Below, piece after piece: positions 35,827 to 44,990 of a stretch of DNA of 64,000 nucleotides; positions within the stretch are counted from its first letter, which is position 1; the number at the start of each line of letters is the position of its first letter. The notes below the pieces were generated by a model. The model saw only the letters and a list, made by a program, of their open reading frames with translations. It was not told where the DNA came from and ran no database searches. The stretch covers positions 255 to 64,254 of the forward strand of contig CAZWUJ010000021.1 of the NCBI GenBank assembly GCA_964636705.1, in the 5' to 3' direction. Made by a program: the position numbers and the translations under genes. Source of the DNA: an uncultured Vicinamibacteraceae bacterium (GTDB taxonomy: Bacteria; Acidobacteriota; Vicinamibacteria; Vicinamibacterales; UBA8438).

Positions 35827-36667
35827 TCCAGTGCTCACGTCGCCACCGGAATGGACACTTGATCAGTTGAACCTTGATGCTGCAATCGCAATCGCCGGGT
35901 TTCGGGACGAACGTCTGGCTGTCTCGGCAGATATGTGGCCGAGTCACTACGCCGCGGCTCTCCGAAAGTTCGAGCAGTTGTTCGAGGTACTCGATGATCT
36001 TCGGTTGGACGCCATTACCGATCAGGCGCTCGCCGAGGCATTCGGCAAACGTCTGGGCGACCCGCTGCGCTACCTCGCCGGTCCGCCGATTTCCGAGGAT
36101 GACCTCCGCGTCCTGGCAGCGGTCAAGTCTCTGGCGCCGGGCATACTCAAGAACGACTCGATAGCGGCGCGGAAGGTCTTCGACGTAATCGAGTGATTGA
36201 CCAGTACCGGTTTCCTTGGGTAAGGGAACGCGAGGCGCCCACCGCCGACGCGAGGGCCACGGCCCTCAACGCCTCTGCCGTGCTGTTGGCGGCGCAACGG
36301 ACCGAGACTGAACGGCGTAATGCGGGCAAGGAGCAACAGGAGGCCCTGGTCAAGGACTACCTCTGCGGCATGGGTCTTGATCAAGTTGCGCCGACAGCCA
36401 TCAGGACGGTGGTCGATGGTCTCGCGGCCGGTCAGTTTTGTGGTGAATGCCAGCTCGGTGAACGCAAAGCGGATGTCGTTCTGCGGTTGGACGACACGCG
36501 AAGGCTACCTACTGGGCGTCGGCTTTCGGCAAGCGGCAGGTTGTATCTGCGGCGGTGTTGTCAGGTGTCTTCAACGTGATCAAAGGCGAGGTCTGGCGCT
36601 GTTCTGGGCGCATGATCTTGAGAAGTTGGGCCGCTTCATTGCCTCGACGAGGATCGACCGAGGTTGA
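35816..36667 (+). pseudogene. fragmented type II restriction-endonuclease-like gene
   Basis: The reading frame is broken at 36193-36196 (GTGA). QLGERKADVVLRLDDTRR lies in frame A. KATYWASAFGKRQVVSAAVLSGVF lies in a second frame (my translation from 36483). RRGLALFWAHDLEKLGRFI lies in a third frame (track ORF 36320-36667). No single frame spans the region. Confidence 0.45.
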
Positions 36668-36727
36668 GTCCGATCCCGGACCGGAGGCGCCGGATCTCTG
36701 TGACAGAATGGTCGAGGGTGCTGAGCG

Positions 36728-37624
36728 GTGAAGTCAAGCAAGAGAAGGCGGTCGTCGTCGCCCCGGTTCCCGGCGTCTCGGTCACCCGCCCCGGTCCGGC
36801 CCGGCGCCGGTCCGCGGATAGGCGGCCCGCTCCTCGGGCTGGTTCTCGTGCTGCTGCTCGTTGCGGCGGCGGCGGGTATCGGCGTCATCCGGTCGGCCGG
36901 AGTGGGGGTCACCAGCGCCCAGGCTCCCGCCGGTGAAGTCGAGTCGCTCGGCGTCAACGTCCTCCGCCGGTTCGCGCACGACACGTCCGCCTATACGCAG
37001 GGGCTGATCTGGTCGGAAGGCAAGCTGTACGAGAGCACCGGCCAGTACGGCGCCTCGACGCTCCGGCGCGTCGACCCGCGGACAGGCGCGGTGGAGCATC
37101 GCATCGCTATCTCCCCCGCCTTTTTCGGCGAGGGTCTCACGCGCGTCGACAACCGTCTGATCATGCTTACCTGGAAGGCACAACGGGCCTTCGTCTTCGA
37201 GTTCGGCAGCTTCGCGCCCACCGGAACGTTCACCTACCGGGGGGAAGGGTGGGGGCTCTGCGACGACGGCTCGCGCCTGATCATGAGCAACGGCTCGGAC
37301 CGCTTGACGTTCCGCGATCGCGAGACGTTCGAGCCGGTCGGCGAGGTGGCGGTGACGCTGCGTGGCCTGCCCCTGATGCAGATCAACGAGTTGGAGTGTG
37401 TAGGCGGTGAGGTCTACGCGAACGTCTATCAGCAGGAGTTCCTGGTGCGGATCGATCCGTCGACGGGCCGCGTCAACCAGTACGTCGACGCAGCCGGCCT
37501 GCTGACGCGCGAGGAGCGGCGCGGGGCCGACGTCCTGAACGGGATCGCGTACGACCCGGAGGCGGAAACCTTCTACATCACCGGCAAGCTCTGGCCGGCG
37601 ATGTTTGAAGTCACCTTCGAGTAA
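36728..37624 (+). CDS. glutaminyl-peptide cyclotransferase (beta-propeller type)
   Basis: YTQGLIWSEGKLYESTGQYGASTLRRVD, FFGEGLT, GEGWGL, INELECVGGEVYANVY, LNGIAYDP and FYITGKLWP. Confidence 0.85.
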   Translation: MKSSKRRRSSSPRFPASRSPAPVRPGAGPRIGGPLLGLVLVLLLVAAAAGIGVIRSAGVGVTSAQAPAGEVESLGVNVLRRFAHDTSAYTQGLIWSEGKLYESTGQYGASTLRRVDPRTGAVEHRIAISPAFFGEGLTRVDNRLIMLTWKAQRAFVFEFGSFAPTGTFTYRGEGWGLCDDGSRLIMSNGSDRLTFRDRETFEPVGEVAVTLRGLPLMQINELECVGGEVYANVYQQEFLVRIDPSTGRVNQYVDAAGLLTREERRGADVLNGIAYDPEAETFYITGKLWPAMFEVTFE

Positions 37625-37639
37625 CCGCGGCGCAGATGC

Positions 37640-38965
37640 CTAGCGGCGCGGCACCGCGGTCCGCCCGCCGCCACCCCCGCTGGTACTGGTTCCGCCACCG
37701 CCGCCGCCACTTCCGCCGCGGGTGTAGCCGCCGGTCGTGACGCGGCCGCCGGAGCCGCCTCCGGTCCGCGTCGAGACTCCGCCACCGGAGGTGGTGCCCC
37801 CGCCTCCCGCGCGGGTCGCGGCGCCGCGGCCGACCCCCGTCCGCTCGGCCACTCGCGTGTAGCCGAGTCCGCTGACGGCCCGCGGTGTTTCACGGGCCGT
37901 GGAGACGGACACATCGCGGATATTGATGAAGGGGTTGCTGCCGTAGTTGTACAGGTATGGGCTGTAGCCGCGACCCCACGCGCCGTAGCCCAGCGGCGTG
38001 AGATAGTACGGATAGAGGTCGCTGTACCAGATCGGATCGTAGACGCCGCCGCCCCAGCCCGATCCGCTGCCCCAGCCGCCCCAGTTGCTCCAGGCGCCGC
38101 TGCCGCCGCCACCCCGGTTGCGCCGCTGGACCATGAAGCGTTCCGGGTAGGCGAGGGCGACCAGCAGGTCGATGACGCTGCTGTCAATGCCGGCCGCGTC
38201 CAGTTCGATCAGGGCGGCCGCGTCCAGCTCCAGTCGCGGCTCCGTCTCCGTCAGCATCGCCTCGACGACGCGGGGATCGACGCTGACCGCGGCATCGCGG
38301 ACCCCCGGAAGGGTCAGCGAAGAGCCGGCCCGCACGCGCGCCCGCCGGATTTCTTCGCGGGACACGGGAAGCGCGTCTTCATTCAGGTCGCTGCCGCCGG
38401 ACGCGGGCGTGTACCGGCGGATCTCCATATGCTGGCGCTCGCCGACGGTGACGAGTTGCAGGTCCACCCAGGTGGAGCGACCGGACATCAGACTGATGCC
38501 GCTCGTCCGGCGAACCTGCGCGTCCTCGCCGCAACTCAACTCCGCGTCCGTGTAGAGGCGGAATCCGTCATTCGACCAGGAGCGCTGTTCCCAGCCGCTG
38601 CACTCGCCGTCGCTGATGTCGCGGCGAACGCCATCGGCAACGAGCGTGCGTTCCACGAGGACCCTGCCGTTCCCGCGCGCCGCGAGGTGAACGCCGGCGC
38701 TGCCGGCGCCGGTTGCCGGGTTCATGCAGACGACGGTTCGCTCCGGAAACTCGGCGCCGTCGCTGCCGGCGCGTTCCGTCTGCTCCTCCCAAAGCTGCCA
38801 GCAGCCGAACCAGGGCAGCCAGCGCGCGTCCGTTTGGGCAAGGGCCGCCTCCGGCTGCCCGGAAGCGATCGCCGCTGCTACCGTCCGGTCCTGCGCGGTC
38901 GATGGCGACGCCAGCATGAGGCTGGCGGCGAGCGTCGCGAACACCGTCTGCTGCATGATCCGCAT
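37640..38965 (-). CDS. secreted protein with Gly/Trp/Tyr-rich and poly-Gly C-terminal region
   Basis: Signal peptide MRIMQQTVFATLAASLMLASPSTAQ. C-terminal GGWGSGSGWGGGVYDPIWYSDLYPYYLTPLGYGAWGRGYSPYLYNYG, followed by GGGG-rich repeats. Confidence 0.7.
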   Translation of the reverse strand: MRIMQQTVFATLAASLMLASPSTAQDRTVAAAIASGQPEAALAQTDARWLPWFGCWQLWEEQTERAGSDGAEFPERTVVCMNPATGAGSAGVHLAARGNGRVLVERTLVADGVRRDISDGECSGWEQRSWSNDGFRLYTDAELSCGEDAQVRRTSGISLMSGRSTWVDLQLVTVGERQHMEIRRYTPASGGSDLNEDALPVSREEIRRARVRAGSSLTLPGVRDAAVSVDPRVVEAMLTETEPRLELDAAALIELDAAGIDSSVIDLLVALAYPERFMVQRRNRGGGGSGAWSNWGGWGSGSGWGGGVYDPIWYSDLYPYYLTPLGYGAWGRGYSPYLYNYGSNPFINIRDVSVSTARETPRAVSGLGYTRVAERTGVGRGAATRAGGGGTTSGGGVSTRTGGGSGGRVTTGGYTRGGSGGGGGGTSTSGGGGGRTAVPRR

Positions 38966-38978
38966 CGTTGTTCCCTCT

Positions 38979-39800
38979 CTAGAACGCCACGCGTAATCCA
39001 GCCCCGATCCGGACGCCGACGAGATCGATGGGTTCGAAGCCGGCAAAGTCTTCCGACAACTCCGCACTTCCCCGACTGTAACTGATCTCGACGGTAGTCG
39101 CCATGCTCGTGGTCAGCCGGACATCCGCGCCGGCGATCAGTTGCGTTCTGCCGGCCCAGCCGCTTGAAATCAGCTCGGCGGCAAAGAGGACGCCGTCGAT
39201 GGCGTCGACGAATTCGCCGAGCTGCGTCAGCCGGTACCTGGTGACTCCGGCCCCGACGCCGACGTACGGCACGACCCTGGCGGGGATCCAGACGTAGTTT
39301 CCGATTGCCTGACCGCGAGGCAGGAGGGCCAGCGTGATGCTGCCGCTCAGCCCCGCCTGGGCCAGCGTGGTTTCCTGCTCTATCGGCAGGCCGTCCGATC
39401 CCTCGAAGTGGCGCAGTTCGGACGGCTGGAACGCCTGGACGTAGTCGAGCCCGAGCCTGACGTCCAGCCTCGGGGTGACGGCAAGGCCTGCGTGGAAGGC
39501 GATTCCGGCTGCATTGAAGTTGAGGTGCCCGGCCGCGGGGTCCGCCGGGTCGTCATTCGGGCTCTTCCGCGCGAACAACTGGTCCTGAACGAAGTCGTAG
39601 AAGCCGCCTTCGGCCCGCGCCTGGTAGCCGATGGCGCGAATGGCGACCGACCAGCGCGGCCGGCCGAAAGCGAAGTCGGCCGGCTGCTCCTCCTCGGCCG
39701 CCACGGCGGGGCGAGGCGCGATCAGCAGACCGGCCCCGATCATGCTGGCCGCGAGCGCAAAACGGACTGAGCGGACGCGAACGATCCGGCTGACGCGCAT
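38979..39800 (-). CDS. outer-membrane beta-barrel protein
   Basis: Signal peptide (MRVSRIVRVRSVRFALAASMIGAGLLIAPRPAVA), alternating strands, and C-terminal GAGLRVAF. The stop lies 13 nt upstream of the Gly-rich protein gene. Confidence 0.7.
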   Translation of the reverse strand: MRVSRIVRVRSVRFALAASMIGAGLLIAPRPAVAAEEEQPADFAFGRPRWSVAIRAIGYQARAEGGFYDFVQDQLFARKSPNDDPADPAAGHLNFNAAGIAFHAGLAVTPRLDVRLGLDYVQAFQPSELRHFEGSDGLPIEQETTLAQAGLSGSITLALLPRGQAIGNYVWIPARVVPYVGVGAGVTRYRLTQLGEFVDAIDGVLFAAELISSGWAGRTQLIAGADVRLTTSMATTVEISYSRGSAELSEDFAGFEPIDLVGVRIGAGLRVAF

Positions 39801-39879
39801 GTAATGGAGGCAGGCCCAGTAAGCGTACCATCCTCCGGAGGCGCGAGACAACCACCGCCCCCGAACCGGCGAACCGGCT

Positions 39880-40827
39880 ATGCTATGCTGCGATTCAGGA
39901 ACGAGGGAGGCGCGCCGAGTTTCCCTGAAGCAACCGATGCATCCGTCACGAACTGTACGGGTCGCGGTCGTTCTGACCGCATTGATCGCCGCCGCCGTGG
40001 CGGTTCGTCCCGCCGATCCCGGTCCGCCGCCGGCGTTGTCCGACCCGCACCCGGCCACGAGTCCGGTTGCCGGCGAGCAGGCCGGCGAGAGTGTTCACGC
40101 CCAGCGGCGGGGACAGCAGCCTTTCGATCCACGCGAGTTGCTGAATCGCGGGCGGGGGACGCTCGATCGTCCGGTCGGGCCGCACGAGTTCTACTTCACC
40201 CGCGCCATCTACAACAGCGGCTGGGGCTACTCGCGCTGGGCGATCGACTATCCGAAGGCGGACCGGCAGTTCATGACTGTCGTCAACCGCCTGATCGACA
40301 TCGACGGCTCGCCGTACGAGAATGCGGTCCGCCTTGACGACCCGAACATCCGGAAGTTCCCCTTCCTCTACGCGCTCGAGGTGGGCGACATCGCCCTGAG
40401 CCGGGCCGAGATCGAGGGGCTGCGCAACTACCTGCTGGCGGGCGGTTTCCTTGTCATCGACGATTTCTGGGGATCCTGGCAGTGGGCCGCCTTCGAACAG
40501 CAGATTCGCGAGGTGTTCCCGGAGTACCCAATCATCGAGGTTCCCCTTGAACATCCCGTCTTCAACGCCGTGTACCGGATCGACGAGATCCTGCAGGTGC
40601 CGGCGATTGGCAACTTCTACGGCGGCCGCACCTGGGAGCAGGACGGTTATGAGGCGCACGTGCGCGGCATCTTCGACGAGAAGGGCCGGCTGATGGTGCT
40701 GATTAACTGGAATACGGACCTGGGCGACGCGTGGGAGTGGGCCGAGCGCCCGGAGTATCCGCTGAGGTTCTCGACCTTCGCGGTCGAGATGGGAATCAAC
40801 TTCATCGTCTACGCGATGAGTCACTAG
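39880..40827 (+). CDS. DUF4159-family protein (copy 1); alternative start ATG 39937
   Basis: FYFTRAIYNSGWG...WAIDYPKADRQF...FPFLYALEVGD...LRNYLLAGGFLVIDDFWG...EHPVF...INFIVYAMSH. Confidence 0.8.
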   Translation: MLCCDSGTREARRVSLKQPMHPSRTVRVAVVLTALIAAAVAVRPADPGPPPALSDPHPATSPVAGEQAGESVHAQRRGQQPFDPRELLNRGRGTLDRPVGPHEFYFTRAIYNSGWGYSRWAIDYPKADRQFMTVVNRLIDIDGSPYENAVRLDDPNIRKFPFLYALEVGDIALSRAEIEGLRNYLLAGGFLVIDDFWGSWQWAAFEQQIREVFPEYPIIEVPLEHPVFNAVYRIDEILQVPAIGNFYGGRTWEQDGYEAHVRGIFDEKGRLMVLINWNTDLGDAWEWAERPEYPLRFSTFAVEMGINFIVYAMSH

Positions 40828-40846
40828 GGCTCTGGCCCGCCACACC

Positions 40847-43126
40847 ATGTTCGACGCGATTTTCGAGTTTTTCTTCAAGTATCGCCCGCTCATGTTCGAG
40901 CAGGGCGAGTTCACGTTCCGTGCGTCCTGGATCGGCGGCCTCGCGGCGCTGGCGGCGATCGCGGCCGGCGTGGCGACATGGCGGTCGTACGCGCAAGTGC
41001 GAGGCAACAGCCAGCCGATCGATCGGTCGATCCTCACGGCGGTCCGTCTCGCCGCATTCGCGGTGCTGGCCTTCTGCCTGATGCAGCCGGTGCTGATCCT
41101 GTCGTCCGTGGTACCGCAGCAGAATTTTCTCGGCGTTCTGGTCGACGAGTCGCGCAGCATGCGGATCGCCGATACCGACGAGACTCCTCGTTTGCAGTTC
41201 GTCCAGGAACAACTGGCGTCCACGGACGCTCCGCTGCGCGCCGCCCTGAACGAGCGCTTCTCCCTCCGTTTCTTCGGGTTCGCCAACGAGACGGATCGTC
41301 TCGATGTCGTGAACGAACTGACCTATGACGGGACGCGCACGCACCTGGGGCAGGCCCTGGAACGGGCGCACGACGAGCTGTCCGACGTTCCCCTGTCCGG
41401 ACTGGTCGTCGTGACCGATGGCGCCGACAACGCGCCTGCGGGTCTGGCCGAGTCGCTGCTGCCGCTTCAGGCGGCGGGCGTCCCGGTCTTCACGGTCGGG
41501 CTGGGGCGAGAGGAATTCGATCGCGACATCCAGTTGGGTCGCGTCGAGACGCCGCGCCGCGTTCTTCGCGGCGCGTCGCTTGTCACCGACGTCGTGGTTT
41601 CGCACCGAGGCTACGAGGGCGAGACGGTGACCGTCCAGGTAGAGGACGAGGGCCGGATCGTCGGATCGGAGGATGTCGTGCTCGGCGACGAGGATGACCT
41701 GCAGACCGTCCGACTGCGCTTCACCGCCGGGGAGGAGGGTCCGCGCCTGTTCACCTTCCGGGTCACCCCGCAGCCGGGCGAGATGGTGACCCAGAACAAT
41801 GTCCGGGACTCCCTGATCGTGGTCGACGACCGGCGCGAGAAGATTCTCTATTTCGAAGGGGAGCCCCGCTTCGAGGTGAAGTTCCTCCGCCGCGCGGTCG
41901 AGGACGACGAGAACCTGCAGGTCGTGATCCTGCAGCGGACCGCGGAGAACAAGTTCATGCGGTTCAACGTCGACGGGCCGGACGATCTGGTGGGCGGCTT
42001 CCCGACGACGCGCGGCGAACTCTACGGCTACAGCGGGCTGGTCCTCGGCAGCATCGAGGCGAACCATTTCACGCCGGACCAGCTCCGCATGATCGGTGAT
42101 TTCGTCAACCACCGCGGCGGCGGCCTCCTGATGCTTGGCGGCCGCCGGTCGTTCGCCGAGGGGGGCTACGCGGGCACGCCCGTGGCGGACGTTCTGCCGG
42201 TCGTGCTTGCCGACGAGGAGGCCGACGGCGACGAGAGCTTCTTCACCGAGATCGCGGTCGAACCCACCCGGGCCGGGGCGACCCACGTTGCCACCCAGAT
42301 CGCCGATACCGAAGAGGCCTCCGCGGCGCGGTGGCGGGAACTGCCCCCGATCACGGTGGTCAACCCGATTACCGAGATCAAACCGGGCGCCACCACGCTG
42401 CTGACGGGTCCGGGAGGCGACCTCGTGCTTCTTGCGTTCCAGCGCTATGGCGCCGGCAAGTCGCTCGCCTTTCCCGTCCAGGACTCGTGGACCTGGCAGA
42501 TGCACGCCGACATCGCGGTCGACGACATGACCCACGAGACCTATTGGCGGCGGCTTCTCCGCTGGTTGGTGGACGGTGTCCCGGATCAGGTGACGATCGA
42601 CCTTCCCACCGACAGTGTTCAGCCTGAGGAGACGGTGGAGATCCTGGCCTCGGTCGGCGACGCCAACTTCGAGGAACTGAACAACAGTCTGGTGTTGGCT
42701 TCGATCACACATCCCGACGGCAACTTCACGGATCTGCCGATGGAGTGGACCGCCCAGCGCGACGGCGAGTACCGCACGTCGTTCACCCCGGCGGCCGAAG
42801 GGTTCTACGAGGTCCGGGTCGAGGCGATGCTGGGCGACGAGTTGCTGGGCGAGGACGTCGCCTACGTCCAGGTGGCGCCGAGCGATGCCGAATTCTACGA
42901 TTCGACCATGCGGGCGCCGCTGCTCGAGCGGGTTGCCGAAGATACGGACGGACGCTTCTACACTCCGGCGACCGTCGACACGCTTCCGGACGACATCCAG
43001 TACGTCGGCGGCGGTGTGACCGTGGTCGAGGAGCACGACCTGTGGGATATGCCGGCGCTCCTTCTTCTGCTTGCCGCTCTGGTGCTGGGCGAGTGGGGCT
43101 TCCGGCGGTTCCGGGGGTTGGCCTGA
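40847..43126 (+). CDS. membrane protein with vWA-like and class-I-glutamine-amidotransferase-like domains (BatB/DUF1355-like)
   Basis: N-terminal TM helices, LGVLVDESRSMRI and VVVTDGADN (vWA-like), HRGGGLLMLGG (GATase-like fold) and a C-terminal TM segment. Confidence 0.75.
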   Translation: MFDAIFEFFFKYRPLMFEQGEFTFRASWIGGLAALAAIAAGVATWRSYAQVRGNSQPIDRSILTAVRLAAFAVLAFCLMQPVLILSSVVPQQNFLGVLVDESRSMRIADTDETPRLQFVQEQLASTDAPLRAALNERFSLRFFGFANETDRLDVVNELTYDGTRTHLGQALERAHDELSDVPLSGLVVVTDGADNAPAGLAESLLPLQAAGVPVFTVGLGREEFDRDIQLGRVETPRRVLRGASLVTDVVVSHRGYEGETVTVQVEDEGRIVGSEDVVLGDEDDLQTVRLRFTAGEEGPRLFTFRVTPQPGEMVTQNNVRDSLIVVDDRREKILYFEGEPRFEVKFLRRAVEDDENLQVVILQRTAENKFMRFNVDGPDDLVGGFPTTRGELYGYSGLVLGSIEANHFTPDQLRMIGDFVNHRGGGLLMLGGRRSFAEGGYAGTPVADVLPVVLADEEADGDESFFTEIAVEPTRAGATHVATQIADTEEASAARWRELPPITVVNPITEIKPGATTLLTGPGGDLVLLAFQRYGAGKSLAFPVQDSWTWQMHADIAVDDMTHETYWRRLLRWLVDGVPDQVTIDLPTDSVQPEETVEILASVGDANFEELNNSLVLASITHPDGNFTDLPMEWTAQRDGEYRTSFTPAAEGFYEVRVEAMLGDELLGEDVAYVQVAPSDAEFYDSTMRAPLLERVAEDTDGRFYTPATVDTLPDDIQYVGGGVTVVEEHDLWDMPALLLLLAALVLGEWGFRRFRGLA

Positions 43127-44181
43127 TGCGCATGCGCGCCGCGGTTCGAACCGCGGCCGCCGGCGCAGCACTGCTTTTGGTTCTCTGCGTGGCGTCCGCG
43201 CGAGCGCAGCAGACGCACGTGCTGGTGGTGGTCGGCCTCGGGGGCGACCCCATGTACACCGAACAGTTCCATGGCTGGGCGACGTCGCTGATCGATGCCG
43301 CCATGGAGAACTACGGTGTGGCGGCCGACAACATCACCTACCTCGGCGAATCGGTCGACATCGACCCCGAGCGGATCGACGAGCGCTCGACGCGCGAGAA
43401 CCTCGACGCCGCGGTCGCGGCGATCGCGGAACGGGCCGGCCCGACCGACCACATCGCCATCGTGCTATTCGGCCACGGCACTTTCACCGACGGTCCGAAG
43501 TTCAATCTGCCCGGCCGCGATCCGTCGCCGGAGGATTTCGTGCCGATGCTCGACTCGCTGGGCCGGCGCCGCGTCACGTTCGTCAACACGGCGAGCGCGA
43601 GCGGGCCGTTTGTCGAGACGCTGTCCGGTGAGGGCCGCGTCGTGATGACGGCGACGCGCAACGGCCGCGAGCGGAATGCGACGCGATTCGGGGGCTACTT
43701 CGTCGAGGCCTTCGGTGAAGGCGGGGACGAGGCGGATCAGGATCGGGATTCGCGGGTCTCGATGCTGGAAGCGTTCACCTACGCGCGCCTGAGGGTGCTG
43801 GCCGAGTACGAAACCGAAGGGATTCTTCTGACCGAGCATGCGATGCTCGACGACAACGGCGACGGGGAAGGGACCGAGGAGCCGGACCCGCTTGAAGGCG
43901 ATGGAATGCTTGCGCGTACCGCGTTCCTGACGGCGGGCGAGGTGCTGGCTGCGGAGCGGATGCCCTTCGCCGACGATCCCGAGCTGGCTCCGCTCTACGC
44001 CGAGCGGACCGAGCTGGAAGAGCGCATCGATGAGCTCCGCATCCTGCGGGGCGGCGCCGATCAGGCGGCGTACGAGGCGGAATTGGAGCGTCTGCTGATC
44101 GAGCTTGCCCTCAAGAGCCGCGAGATCCGCCGGCTCGAGGCAGCAAGGCAAGGGGCGCCGGACGCCACCGATCCGCGATGA
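43126..44181 (+). CDS. secreted legumain/caspase-fold (peptidase C13-like) protein with Ser in place of the catalytic Cys, C-terminal coiled coil
   Basis: HIAIVLFGHGTFTDG and VTFVNTASASGPFVE align by eye with the C13 His-Gly and A-C-E-S-G blocks. A signal peptide is present. The start overlaps the upstream stop (TGATG). Confidence 0.55.
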   Translation: MRMRAAVRTAAAGAALLLVLCVASARAQQTHVLVVVGLGGDPMYTEQFHGWATSLIDAAMENYGVAADNITYLGESVDIDPERIDERSTRENLDAAVAAIAERAGPTDHIAIVLFGHGTFTDGPKFNLPGRDPSPEDFVPMLDSLGRRRVTFVNTASASGPFVETLSGEGRVVMTATRNGRERNATRFGGYFVEAFGEGGDEADQDRDSRVSMLEAFTYARLRVLAEYETEGILLTEHAMLDDNGDGEGTEEPDPLEGDGMLARTAFLTAGEVLAAERMPFADDPELAPLYAERTELEERIDELRILRGGADQAAYEAELERLLIELALKSREIRRLEAARQGAPDATDPR

Positions 44182-44957
44182 CCGTCCGGACTTTCGTAGC
44201 CGTGTCGCTGGCGCTGGCGGCTTCGGTCGCCGGGGTTGCCGGCTGGGCGTACACCGGCGCTCTTCTCGCCGCAGCGGAAGATGTCCGGCCCGGGAACGTC
44301 CCTTACGACGGCCGATTCACTTTCGTCCGGATCAGCTACGAGATGTACTTTGGCCTGCAGACCGGGGCGTTCCCCGGCGACATCAAGTGGGCGCACGACT
44401 ATCCGCACGCCGAGCAGAACTTCGGCCGGATCATCGAGGAGATCAGCGGCCTCGACATCGTGCTGGCACCCAACGGCGGCAACGTCCTGCCGCTCGACGA
44501 TCCCGCCCTTACCCGCTACCCGCTAGCCTATATGGCGGAACCCGGCTTCTGGCGGCCTTCGGAAGCGGATCTGGAGGCGCTCGGCAACTACCTCCGCAAG
44601 GGCGGCTTCATCATCTTCGACGACTTCACGGGCGACCACTGGTACAACCTGGTGCGGCAGCTCGATCTGGCCGTCCCGGGACTCGTCCCGATCCAATTGA
44701 CCGCGGAACACCCGATCTTCCACTCGTTCTTCGAGATCGACACGCTCGAGATGGCGCCGATGTACGGCCCGCCGCCCACGTTCTGGGGAATCTTCGAGGA
44801 CAACGATCCGAACGGGCGGATGATGGGCATCATCAACTACGAGAACGACATCGGAGAGTACTGGGAATACTCGAACACCGGCTGGTTCGCCGTCGACGTG
44901 ACAAACGAAGCCTACCGGTTCGGCGTCAACTATGTGATGTACGCGCTGACGCATTGA
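44178..44957 (+). CDS. DUF4159-family protein (copy 2)
   Basis: FTFVRISYE...WAHDYPHAEQNF...YPLAYMAEPG...LGNYLRKGGFIIFDDF...EHPIFHSFF...VNYVMYALTH. ATGA overlap with the upstream gene. Confidence 0.85.
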   Translation: MTVRTFVAVSLALAASVAGVAGWAYTGALLAAAEDVRPGNVPYDGRFTFVRISYEMYFGLQTGAFPGDIKWAHDYPHAEQNFGRIIEEISGLDIVLAPNGGNVLPLDDPALTRYPLAYMAEPGFWRPSEADLEALGNYLRKGGFIIFDDFTGDHWYNLVRQLDLAVPGLVPIQLTAEHPIFHSFFEIDTLEMAPMYGPPPTFWGIFEDNDPNGRMMGIINYENDIGEYWEYSNTGWFAVDVTNEAYRFGVNYVMYALTH

Positions 44958-44990
44958 CGCTTGGCGCCTGACGACTGGAGGAACCGATCC

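Noticed and set aside
36320-36667. 115-aa ORF as an independent gene
   Set aside because: Only its last 25 or so residues look protein-like (LFWAHDLEKLGRFI). It is better explained as the terminal fragment of the frameshifted endonuclease remnant.
40802-43171. 789-aa minus-strand ORF (similar case: the 707-aa ORF at 45060-47183)
   Set aside because: Both lie antisense to genes with clear family signatures (vWA/GATase-like protein, MoxR, DUF58). Their translations are Arg/Asp/Val/Pro-rich with no recognisable domains.
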